Origin: an uncultured Eubacteriales bacterium
GTDB taxonomy: Bacteria; Bacillota; Clostridia; Christensenellales; CAG-138
Direction: 5' to 3'
Assembly (NCBI GenBank): GCA_902802805.1
Contig: CADCNE010000011.1
Span: 1-55,549, forward strand
DNA: 55,549 bases
Position 1 is the stretch's first letter; every line of letters begins with the position of its first letter. The position numbers and the translations under genes were made by a program. Shown here one piece after another: positions 38,256 to 46,354 of this stretch. The notes beneath the pieces are model-generated. The model ran no database searches. It saw only the letters and a list, made by a program, of their open reading frames with translations, and was not told where the DNA came from.

Positions 38256-38743
38256 TGACGGTGCGGCCCATGACCAAGCGGGACGTGACCCGTGTCTACG
38301 AGATCGAGGTCCAGAGCTTCCGCTCCCCCTGGTCCAAGCTTTCCCTGCTGGGGGAGCTCCACAACAACGTGGCCCACTATTATGTGGCGGAGGAGGAGGG
38401 CCATGTCGTGGGTTACGGCGGCATGTGGCTCCTCTTCGATGAAGCCCATATCACCAACATCGCCATCGCCCCGGAGGCTAGGGGCAGGCACCTCGGGCGG
38501 TACCTCCTGTACGGCATGATGAAGGCGGCCCATGAGCGTGGCGCGGAGCGCATGACGCTGGAGGTCCGGGAGACCAACACGGTAGCCCAAAACCTCTATT
38601 ACAGCTTCGATTTCGAGAAGCAGGGCTTCCGCAAGCGGTACTACGAGGACACGGGGGAGGGGGCCTTGCTCCTCTGGAACGAGGATCTGGGGGCCACCCT
38701 GGAGAAAAACGCTTGCATTCAGGACAGTTTTGCCGTACAATAA
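38252..38743 (+). CDS. rimI: Ribosomal-protein-alanine N-acetyltransferase
   Basis: EAHITNIA, RGRHLG, TLEVRETN, RKRYY. Confidence 0.93.
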   Translation: MMTVRPMTKRDVTRVYEIEVQSFRSPWSKLSLLGELHNNVAHYYVAEEEGHVVGYGGMWLLFDEAHITNIAIAPEARGRHLGRYLLYGMMKAAHERGAERMTLEVRETNTVAQNLYYSFDFEKQGFRKRYYEDTGEGALLLWNEDLGATLEKNACIQDSFAVQ

Positions 38744-38769
38744 ACCGATTTTAAAAAAGGAGTCGAACC

Positions 38770-39276
38770 ATGAGTCTGTACAGCGATTGGAAAGCACGGG
38801 CGGAGGAGCTTCAGAGCGACGCCGCCTATCAGCAGTATTGGAGCACCTATTTTGCCCAGGAGACCGAGGTCTATAAGAAGGTCCTTCTGAGCCACGACAA
38901 GCCCCTCTCGGGCACGGTGAAAGCCCTTGCGGAGCAGGTGGGCATGGACCCCGTGGCCTTCGTGGGATATCTCGACGGGGCCAACTCCTCCTTTGCCGAC
39001 GGGGAGAAGGACCTGGACGCCCTCACCGAGGACAGCGAGGTCACCCTGACCTTCGACTTTGAGAAGCTCTTCTTCAACATGCACGAAGCCAAGGCCGACT
39101 GGCTTTACAACCTGCCTGAGTGGAACGACGTCCTCACCGAGGAAAAGCGTCACGAGATCACCAAGGCCTACCGTTCGTCCAAGATCTTCGTGAACACCGT
39201 CCAGGTGGGGCGCAACGACCCCTGCCCCTGCGGCAGCGGGAAGAAATACAAGAATTGCTGCGGGAAAAACAAGTAA
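38770..39276 (+). CDS. SEC-C motif protein
   Basis: C-terminal [20 protein letters not shown]; AKADWLY. Confidence 0.92.
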   Translation: MSLYSDWKARAEELQSDAAYQQYWSTYFAQETEVYKKVLLSHDKPLSGTVKALAEQVGMDPVAFVGYLDGANSSFADGEKDLDALTEDSEVTLTFDFEKLFFNMHEAKADWLYNLPEWNDVLTEEKRHEITKAYRSSKIFVNTVQVGRNDPCPCGSGKKYKNCCGKNK

Positions 39277-39309
39277 GCAATTTTTCTTCGCGGAATCTTC
39301 GAAAAGAAG

Positions 39310-39338
39310 TTGACAGGAGCGCCGATCCTTGTTAAAAT
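39310..39338 (+). promoter_or_regulatory. Promoter of tRNA operon 1
   Basis: TTGACA-17 nt-TAAAAT. Confidence 0.75.
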
Positions 39339-39359
39339 GTATGACTGGAACTCCTGAAT

Positions 39360-39436
39360 GCGCCTGTAGCTCAGCAGGATAGAGCAACGGCCTTCTAAGC
39401 CGTAGGTCCAGGGTTCGAATCCCTGCAGACGCGCCA
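39360..39436 (+). tRNA. tRNA-Arg(TCT)
   Basis: Anticodon arm ACGGC-CTTCTAA-GCCGT, T-loop, CCA. Confidence 0.93.
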
Positions 39437-39515
39437 AAAGCGCGGCGTTCGCCGGGAGGAGATCGACCGGCGATCGCATGCGTATGCGGGGGAAGTTCAT
39501 CCGAAAAGTTTATAT

Positions 39516-39594
39516 GGTGGGCGTAGTTCAGCCTGGTTAGAATGTCAGATTGTGGCTCTGAAGGTCGTGGGTTCGAATCCCGTCGCCCACCCCA
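39516..39594 (+). tRNA. tRNA-His(GTG)
   Basis: G-1; TCAGA-TTGTGGC-TCTGA; CCA. Confidence 0.95.
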
Positions 39595-39615
39595 TTTTTT
39601 TCGGATGAACATCGG

Positions 39616-39691
39616 TGGGGTGTCGCCAAGCGGTTAAGGCACAAGACTTTGACTCTTGTATGCGCAGGTTCAAATCCCGCCACCCCAGCCA
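39616..39691 (+). tRNA. tRNA-Gln(TTG)
   Basis: CAAGA-CTTTGAC-TCTTG; CCA. Confidence 0.94.
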
Positions 39692-39695
39692 ACCT

Positions 39696-39771
39696 GACCC
39701 GTTAGCTCAGCTGGCAGAGCATTTGACTTTTAATCAAAGGGTCCGGAGTTCGAATCTCCGACGGGTCACCA
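39696..39771 (+). tRNA. tRNA-Lys(TTT)
   Basis: TTTGA-CTTTTAA-TCAAA; CCA. Confidence 0.95.
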
Positions 39772-39783
39772 GCTTCTTGCAGC

Positions 39784-39868
<85 letters not shown>

Positions 39869-39869
39869 G

Positions 39870-39943
39870 GCAGGTATAGTGTAGCGGTAACACATTAGCC
39901 TTCCAAGCTGAGATCACGGGTTCGAGTCCCGTTACCTGCTCCA
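39870..39943 (+). tRNA. tRNA-Gly(TCC)
   Basis: TTAGC-CTTCCAA-GCTGA; CCA. Confidence 0.94.
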
Positions 39944-40010
39944 TTTTTTGCCGCTCCGCCTGCGTGAGATGCCCTGCCGACGGGTCTGAAAAATATTTTT
40001 CGACGACCCA

Positions 40011-40038
40011 TTGACAACCGGCAGATTTTTGTTATAAT
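40011..40038 (+). promoter_or_regulatory. Promoter of tRNA operon 2
   Basis: TTGACA-16 nt-TATAAT with TG extension. Confidence 0.75.
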
Positions 40039-40051
40039 AACCCATGCGCGT

Positions 40052-40127
40052 GCGGGAATAGCTCATTTGGTAGAGCGCAGCCTTGCCAAGGCTGAGGTGG
40101 CGGGTTCGAGCCCCGTTTCCCGCTCCA
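40052..40127 (+). tRNA. tRNA-Gly(GCC)
   Basis: CAGCC-TTGCCAA-GGCTG; CCA. Confidence 0.95.
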
Positions 40128-40131
40128 GTAT

Positions 40132-40208
40132 GCCTCCTTAGCTCAGTTGGCTAGAGCACCTGACTCTTAATCAGGGTGTCCAGGGTTCGAGTCCCTGAGG
40201 GGGTACCA
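40132..40208 (+). tRNA. tRNA-Lys(CTT), island integration site
   Basis: CCTGA-CTCTTAA-TCAGG; CCA; 3' part duplicated at 50017-50056. Confidence 0.94.
40164..40203 (+). repeat. att core, left copy (inside tRNA-Lys)
   Basis: ctcttaatcagggtgtccagggttcgagtccctgaggggg. Confidence 0.93.
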
Positions 40209-40236
40209 AAAAACCACCCAAAATGGGTGGTTTTTT
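40208..40236 (+). terminator. Intrinsic terminator after tRNA-Lys
   Basis: aaaaaaccaccc-aaaat-gggtggtttttt. Confidence 0.8.
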
Positions 40237-40684
40237 CTATTCTCAAGAGATTTTTCAGCGAAAAATCGTCTTTTGGGAATAGATTTACCCCTCTGGGAAG
40301 GCCAAAAACGGTAGCAAAATGGGTAAAAATCCACTTACAGCCTCTTTTTTGGATCTGTCAAAAGAACAACGCGCACGTCTTTTTTCAGTCAAAAAATGAC
40401 GTTTTTCACCTCAAATGAGTGAAAAAAAGCATCTCTCAACGACAGTTCACAAATATTTCACATTTCAGATCCTAAAAGACAAGCGGTTTTCCCATTTAGA
40501 GCTTAGTTAGGTTGGCGCTAAAATAATATATTTTCTCGAACCATAGATGCCTCGTTTAAGAGTTACCTGAGGATCCGATCTGAGTTGTCTGTTTTCAATT
40601 GTCCAAGCTGTCGATAGATAGAAGGAACATGCGGAGAGCAGTAAAGAAAAGATGAATCAAAAAGTGCTCTAAGGAGGAAACAAA

Positions 40685-41893
40685 ATGGAAACAAAAACTA
40701 AACTGGGCGTCCCCTACAAACGCGGGACAGGATATGTGTACTATCTCGGTATCCGTGATGACTCCGGAAGGAAGAAGACTTGGTTTTCTCGAGTCTTCAA
40801 AACGTATGAGGAGGCTCTGGCCGATTCTACCGAGCGGCAGAAATATCTGAAGCAAATACAAGCCCAGACTTCTCCAAATGAAAAACTGAAAAACTATCTG
40901 GATCGATGGTTGCGGGGGAAATACTATTTCACCGTTTCTGTGTCTACGTGGCGTTGTGCGGAATCTCATATCCGTCTTTATATCAATCCTACGATAGGCC
41001 AAACAAAGATGTGCATGCTTACAGACGCGGATGTTGAGAAGGTTATGAAAAAGTGCCAACGTAGCGGGTTATCGGCGTCCAGCACGCGATTTGTTTTTTC
41101 AACGCTCAGAAGTGCGTTGAAACAGGCTGTAAAGGAAAAGATCATCAAATCGAATCCTTGCTCGCTTGTATCTCCGCCGTCCGTGAAACGGGTTCGTCGC
41201 CAACTGATCCCACCGGAAAAGACAGCAGAGTTTCTTGAATTGGCAAAGAAACATGGTATCTATCTGGAGGTGCTGTTCGGAATCAACTTCGGATTGAGGA
41301 GGGGAGAGGTTCTTGGACTTCAGTTCAGGGATTTCGATCTTCAACAGAATCTCCTGACGCCGAAGAGACAAATTGGGTACACGCTGAAGACGAATCAATT
41401 GGACAAGGGGGTTCCTCGCACAGACTGGGGTGTCGTCGACAATCTGAAGACGGATGAAAGCTATGGGCGTGAGCTGGTTATCTCTCCAAAGATAAAGGAG
41501 CTCATCCTGTATCTTAAAGATAAATACGTGGAAGAGGGCGTATGCGAAAAGAAGAACATTGAGAAATGCTTCGTATGCTGCCGGGCTGACGGGACTTTCA
41601 AAAGCCCCAATGTCCTTCGAAAGAGGTTTATGGCTGTTCGTGAGGAAGCTGGGATGCTGAAGCTTCGCTTTCACGATCTCAGGCATACGTTCGCTTCCTA
41701 CATGATCGAGGATGGAATCCCGGTTGCCGTTGTCAGCGCAGCCTTGGGCCACACCTCTATCACGACTACGCTAAACTCTTACTATGACGTGATCAATGGC
41801 GGAAAACAGATCGCTGATCACATGAGCGACAAGCTCTGCGACACGCTTGTCCCAACAGAAGCTGAACTCAAAGCTTCTATTCGAAACAAATAG
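40685..41893 (+). CDS. Tyrosine recombinase / phage-type integrase
   Basis: GLRRGEVLGL, FHDLRHTFAS, LGHTSITTTLNSY (R-H-R-H-Y); RBS aaggagg. Confidence 0.95.
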   Translation: METKTKLGVPYKRGTGYVYYLGIRDDSGRKKTWFSRVFKTYEEALADSTERQKYLKQIQAQTSPNEKLKNYLDRWLRGKYYFTVSVSTWRCAESHIRLYINPTIGQTKMCMLTDADVEKVMKKCQRSGLSASSTRFVFSTLRSALKQAVKEKIIKSNPCSLVSPPSVKRVRRQLIPPEKTAEFLELAKKHGIYLEVLFGINFGLRRGEVLGLQFRDFDLQQNLLTPKRQIGYTLKTNQLDKGVPRTDWGVVDNLKTDESYGRELVISPKIKELILYLKDKYVEEGVCEKKNIEKCFVCCRADGTFKSPNVLRKRFMAVREEAGMLKLRFHDLRHTFASYMIEDGIPVAVVSAALGHTSITTTLNSYYDVINGGKQIADHMSDKLCDTLVPTEAELKASIRNK

Positions 41894-41912
41894 AATCCTC
41901 CATAAACATATC

Positions 41913-41942
41913 AAAGAAGCCTTGGAGACAGGGCTTCTTTTT
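41913..41942 (+). terminator. Intrinsic terminator after integrase
   Basis: aaagaagcct..gggcttcttttt hairpin. Confidence 0.7.
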
Positions 41943-42066
41943 GTAAGGCAAAACATAATGAACGGTCAAAATAAGATGGCATCGCATTTTGGCCGGAATG
42001 GATGGTGAGAATAAACAGAAAAAGAAGCCTGTACGAATAGGCTTCTGTTCAAACGTAGTGATCCGA

Positions 42067-42393
42067 TTAAACTGCCGCAGTATTATACGGACGGATGAGA
42101 GCAATTTCCTTCCAGGAGGATTCCTTCAAGCTCCGAATGTCGATATCATTCTGCAGGTTCAGAAAATAACGATCGGAGACACCGAAGAACTTCGCTAACC
42201 GCAGAGAAGTATCCGCCGTGATCTTCCGCCTATTATGAAGCATATCCTGTATCCTGGACGTGGGCACATGGATCTCCTGCGCAAGCTTATACGCAGAAAG
42301 ATTAAACGGCTCCATGAATTCTTCCCAAAGGATCTCGCCGATCGTTGGGGTACAAACTATTTCTGTTTTGTTATCAGTAAGACTATTGATCAT
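42067..42393 (-). CDS. HigA-family antitoxin/HTH regulator with no adjacent toxin
   Basis: GEILWEEFMEP, SAYKLA, RKITADTSLRLAKFFG, FLNLQ. Confidence 0.88.
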   Translation of the reverse strand: MINSLTDNKTEIVCTPTIGEILWEEFMEPFNLSAYKLAQEIHVPTSRIQDMLHNRRKITADTSLRLAKFFGVSDRYFLNLQNDIDIRSLKESSWKEIALIRPYNTAAV

Positions 42394-42399
42394 GTCCAG

Positions 42400-42433
42400 A
42401 TTATACACAGGGCGGATGTATATGTAAATACAT
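42400..42433 (-). promoter_or_regulatory. Promoter and palindromic operator of the higA-like gene
   Basis: Minus-strand TTTACA-17 nt-TATAAT ending 6 nt before ATG; ATGTAT-N6-ATACAT (42416-42433) overlaps the -35. Confidence 0.55.
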
Positions 42434-42770
42434 TCTCAGAAACGCACATGTGAGTTCTTTTATTGTCCCTTAATCCGTCTCGTTTTTACAAAGCGTTTCT
42501 TGTCTCGCCTTTCCGCATCGATTACACTATAACCGTCGAGAATTATGTTTAACAAGATTTCGCCAATTCTTCGCATTCTGCAGTTCATCCTGCAAATGAG
42601 ATTTGGCGGCAAAAAGTTTGTTAAACACAAAAACCAAGTCAGGTGATCTCGCCCAGGGTTTCATTTTTCTTTCATACTATTATTGCAGATGCGGATTTCC
42701 GTGGCTTGCGAATAAGTGAGAAAGAAGATATAATAAAATGACTTTTTGTATAGGGAAGGGCGGAGAAATA

Positions 42771-44336
42771 GTGGATACGAAGAAAGAGCAAGAGCGCGAA
42801 GAACTGCACCGTGCTATTTGGGCGATCGCGGATGAACTCAGGGGCTCTGTGGACGGCTGGGACTTCAAGAACTATGTTCTCGGCACCATGTTCTACCGCT
42901 ATATCTCCGAGAACCTGGCCAACTATATCAACGAGGGAGAGCAGGCTGCCGGCAATACCGATTTTGATTATGCCAAGATGTCCGACGCCGAAGCGGAGGA
43001 GGCCAGGGAAGGGCTGATTCAGGAGAAGGGCTTCTTCATCCTCCCGTCCGAACTGTTCTGCAATGTCCGTGCCCGCGCGCCCCGCGATGAGAACCTCAAT
43101 GAGACGCTTGAGCGCGTGTTCAACAACATCGAGGATTCCGCCAAGGGCAGCGATTCCGAAAACAGCTTTGCCGGCCTCTTCGACGATTTCGACGTCAACA
43201 GCAACAAGCTCGGGCCCACGGTTGCCAAGCGCAACGAGCGTCTGACGAAGCTCCTTGACGGTATCGCCAACATGAATCTTGGCGACGTCAAAACCCATGA
43301 CATAGACGCCTTCGGTGACGCCTACGAATATCTGATGACGATGTACGCCTCCAACGCGGGCAAGTCCGGCGGCGAGTTCTTTACCCCTGCGGATATCTCC
43401 GAACTGCTGACGCGCATCGGCACTGTCGGCAAGACGGAAGTCAACAAGGTGTACGATCCCGCCTGCGGTTCCGGTTCGCTGCTGCTGAAAGCCGAGAAGA
43501 TCCTCGGGCGCGACGGCGTGCGCGTGGGCTTCTTCGGGCAGGAGATCAACATCACCACCTACAACCTCTGCCGCATCAACATGTTTCTCCACGATATCGG
43601 CTTCGACAAGTTCGATATCGCCTGTGATGATACGCTGACAACGCCCGCACATTGGGATGATGAGCCCTTTGAGCTGATCGTTTCCAATCCCCCGTACTCG
43701 ATCAAATGGGCGGGCGACACCAATCCGCTGCTGATCAATGATCCGCGCTTTGCCCCGGCCGGCGTTCTGGCGCCCAAGGGCAACGCCGACTTCGCTTTTA
43801 TCATGCATTCCCTTTCCTGGCTCGCGCCCAACGGCACGGCTGCCATCGTCTGCTTCCCGGGCATCATGTATCGGGGCGGGGCGGAACAGAAGATCCGCAA
43901 GTATCTGATCGACAACAACTTCATCGACTGTGTGATCCAGCTTCCCAGCAACCTGTTCTTCGGTACGTCCATCGCCACCTGCATCATGGTGCTGAAGCGC
44001 GGCAAGGCGGACGGCAAGGTGCTGTTCATCGACGCCACAAAGGAGTGCATCAAAGTCGTCAAGAACAACAAGCTGACGCAGGCGAACATGGATCGCATCG
44101 TGGACACCTTCACCAAGCGGGAGGAGATCCAGCATTTTGCGCACCTCGCTGATCTGAATGAGATCACGGAAAACGATTACAACCTTTCTGTATCCACTTA
44201 TGTGGAGGCGGAGGACACCCGGGAGAAGGTGGATATCCAGAAGCTCAACGCCGAGATCCGGGAGATCGTGGCGAGGGAAGCGGTTCTCCGCGCGGAGATC
44301 GACAAGATCATTGCAGAGATCGAGGGGGTGCAATAA
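42771..44336 (+). CDS. hsdM: Type I RM methyltransferase subunit
   Basis: GDAYEYL, GEFFTP, YDPACGSGSLL, NPPY (m6A); GTG start inferred. Confidence 0.96.
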   Translation: MDTKKEQEREELHRAIWAIADELRGSVDGWDFKNYVLGTMFYRYISENLANYINEGEQAAGNTDFDYAKMSDAEAEEAREGLIQEKGFFILPSELFCNVRARAPRDENLNETLERVFNNIEDSAKGSDSENSFAGLFDDFDVNSNKLGPTVAKRNERLTKLLDGIANMNLGDVKTHDIDAFGDAYEYLMTMYASNAGKSGGEFFTPADISELLTRIGTVGKTEVNKVYDPACGSGSLLLKAEKILGRDGVRVGFFGQEINITTYNLCRINMFLHDIGFDKFDIACDDTLTTPAHWDDEPFELIVSNPPYSIKWAGDTNPLLINDPRFAPAGVLAPKGNADFAFIMHSLSWLAPNGTAAIVCFPGIMYRGGAEQKIRKYLIDNNFIDCVIQLPSNLFFGTSIATCIMVLKRGKADGKVLFIDATKECIKVVKNNKLTQANMDRIVDTFTKREEIQHFAHLADLNEITENDYNLSVSTYVEAEDTREKVDIQKLNAEIREIVAREAVLRAEIDKIIAEIEGVQ

Positions 44337-44554
44337 TGAATAAAAACAGCCTTCACATTCCATTTTCTGCGCCGTTGAATGCTGCAGATACTGAGAGCCA
44401 GACGTATGGGTGTAGGCAGAACAACCCAGACATCTGTTCCAACAATAGCTTGCCAGGCGTTTGCGCCTTTACAAGTGCAGATTGCATCTGCAAGAAACCC
44501 TCCAGAGCTTGGAAAAAACGGTACAATGAGCTTCGGGAGGAATCACATGAGTAA
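44336..44554 (+). CDS. Small Cys-rich hypothetical protein (72 aa)
   Basis: TAATG coupling to hsdM, RBS gaggggg, overlaps hsdS start; five Cys. Confidence 0.7.
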   Translation: MNKNSLHIPFSAPLNAADTESQTYGCRQNNPDICSNNSLPGVCAFTSADCICKKPSRAWKKRYNELREESHE

Positions 44555-45683
44555 ACTCGAAGAACTGCTTTTACAATACTGCCCGGATGGGGTTGAGTTT
44601 CGGAAAATCAAGGATGTCTATCAACGTTTGAGGGGGACTCCCATAACCGCGGGCAAGATGAAGGAAATTGAGAATCCGGACGGCGACATCCGTGTGTTTG
44701 CCGGAGGTAAAACCGTTATCAATGCGTTTGAAAAAGATATTCCGAATGCAAACATTACGAGAGTGCCCGCTGTTCTCGTCCAGTCAAGAGGCGTAATCGA
44801 TGCGGTATACTACGATAAGCCGTTTACATTCAAAAACGAAATGTGGGCATACACAGCCGAGGAGCAAGTTTCAGTCAAGTATCTGTTTTATGTGCTCAAG
44901 AACAATGTTGAATACTTCCGGACAGCGGCTTCCGGGATGGGATCACTTCCGCAGATATCACTCCCGGTTACGGAAGAGTTCAGCATTCCCGTACCTCCCA
45001 TAGAGGTACAGCGTGAAATTGTCCGCATATTGGACAATTTCACGGAGCTTACAGCGGAGCTTACAGCGGAGCTTACAGCGAGAAAGAAGCAGTATGAGTA
45101 TTACAGAGATTGGATGCTATCGTTTGATTCCTCGGTTCAGTATAAAAGAATACAGGACATTTGTACGATTTCTCGCGGTAAAGTCATTTCAAAGGATGAT
45201 TTACGTATCAATGCAGGAGACTATCCTGTGTATTCTTCTCAAACTGAAAACAATGGAGAGTTTGGCCGAATAAACTCTTTCATGTATGATGGCGAATATC
45301 TAACATGGACAACGGATGGAGCAAATGCTGGTTCGGTTTTTTATCGTAATGGAAAGTTTAGCATTACAAATGTTTGCGGGCTATTGAAAGTCGATCCATC
45401 AATAGCAGATATTAAATATTTGTTCCATGCTCTAAAAGTAGAGGCGCCAAAGTATGTTAATAGTGGCATGGGAAACCCAAAACTGATGAGCAATGTTATG
45501 GGGGGCATTAAGATTGCTCTTCCTTCAATGGAACGTCAGAAGAGAATAGCAATAATTCTTGACAACTTCGAATTGATTTGCTCTGATTTGCGCATCGGCC
45601 TGCCGGCGGAGATCGAAGCACGGAGACAGCAATACGAACACTACAGGGACAAACTCTTGACTTTTAAGGAGAAGGAAGCATGA
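44547..45683 (+). CDS. hsdS: Type IC RM specificity subunit
   Basis: CPDGVEF start, IPVPPIEVQREIV, TAEL repeats, GLPAEIEARRQQYEHYRDKLLTF; RBS ggagg. Confidence 0.95.
   Translation: MSKLEELLLQYCPDGVEFRKIKDVYQRLRGTPITAGKMKEIENPDGDIRVFAGGKTVINAFEKDIPNANITRVPAVLVQSRGVIDAVYYDKPFTFKNEMWAYTAEEQVSVKYLFYVLKNNVEYFRTAASGMGSLPQISLPVTEEFSIPVPPIEVQREIVRILDNFTELTAELTAELTARKKQYEYYRDWMLSFDSSVQYKRIQDICTISRGKVISKDDLRINAGDYPVYSSQTENNGEFGRINSFMYDGEYLTWTTDGANAGSVFYRNGKFSITNVCGLLKVDPSIADIKYLFHALKVEAPKYVNSGMGNPKLMSNVMGGIKIALPSMERQKRIAIILDNFELICSDLRIGLPAEIEARRQQYEHYRDKLLTFKEKEA
45045..45080 (+). repeat. 12-bp tandem repeat (gagcttacagcg)x3 encoding the TAEL spacer
   Basis: Three exact copies read directly. Confidence 0.92.
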
Positions 45684-46336
45684 AAAAGGGCGTTATCTAC
45701 ATCCTCACCAATCCGTCTTTTCCGGATTACATCAAAATAGGGTACGCGCACAATCTGGAGAAAAGGCTGAAACAGCTTAACCGGAGCGAAACGATCCCGT
45801 TCGCATTTCGTGCCTATGCGGTGTATGAAGTAGATAGCGAGCTTACTGATAAAGAGCTTCACAAGCTTATCGATGCTCTTAACCCGGATCTGCGTACCAT
45901 TGAAACTTTTGATGGCAAAGAACGGGTAAAGGAGTTTTATGCCATGTCGGCTGAGGAAGCATATGCTCTTCTTGAATGTATCGCCAAAATCAGCGGCACA
46001 ACCGGAAGCCTGAAGCGGATGAAGCCAGAGGGCCATGAGGTTCTGGATGAACAGATCGCCCAGGAAGTAAGAGAGAGTGCTCGCAAAGGCCCGTTCAGGT
46101 TTTCAGAGTGCGGAATACCTGTTGGATCTGAAATCGTTTTTATCGAAGATGCTTCAATCAAGGCAACGGTTATTGATGATCGAAAGATCGAATATAACGG
46201 TGAAACGACATCGGTATCCGCATTGGCGCAGAAAATCAAGGGATTTGATCATCCTGTCCAGGGAACGCTCTGGTTCACATATAACGGGAAACGCTTAACT
46301 GAAATCAGAGATGAGCTGGATAATAGACAGAAATAA
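45680..46336 (+). CDS. GIY-YIG (T5orf172-like) nuclease-family protein with RAMA-like C-terminal domain
   Basis: GVIYILTNPSF..IKIG..RLKQL..KEFY; C-terminal IEYNGETTSVSALA..QGTLWFTYNGKRL. Confidence 0.78.
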   Translation: MKKGVIYILTNPSFPDYIKIGYAHNLEKRLKQLNRSETIPFAFRAYAVYEVDSELTDKELHKLIDALNPDLRTIETFDGKERVKEFYAMSAEEAYALLECIAKISGTTGSLKRMKPEGHEVLDEQIAQEVRESARKGPFRFSECGIPVGSEIVFIEDASIKATVIDDRKIEYNGETTSVSALAQKIKGFDHPVQGTLWFTYNGKRLTEIRDELDNRQK

Positions 46337-46354
46337 ACTATAGGTGGTGTCATT

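Noticed and set aside
39360-39436. tRNA-Arg(TCT) as a pseudogene because of a C4-A69 mismatch
   Set aside because: A single acceptor-stem mismatch is tolerated; all other elements, CCA and the promoter are intact.
44379-44546. N-terminal extension of HsdS in the ORF track
   Set aside because: Overlaps the 72-aa gene; the typical HsdS start MSKLEELL has an RBS at 44547.
40685-45683. Invertible hsdS shufflon driven by the integrase
   Set aside because: Only one hsdS and no inverted repeats or silent TRD cassettes; the integrase is explained by the att sites.
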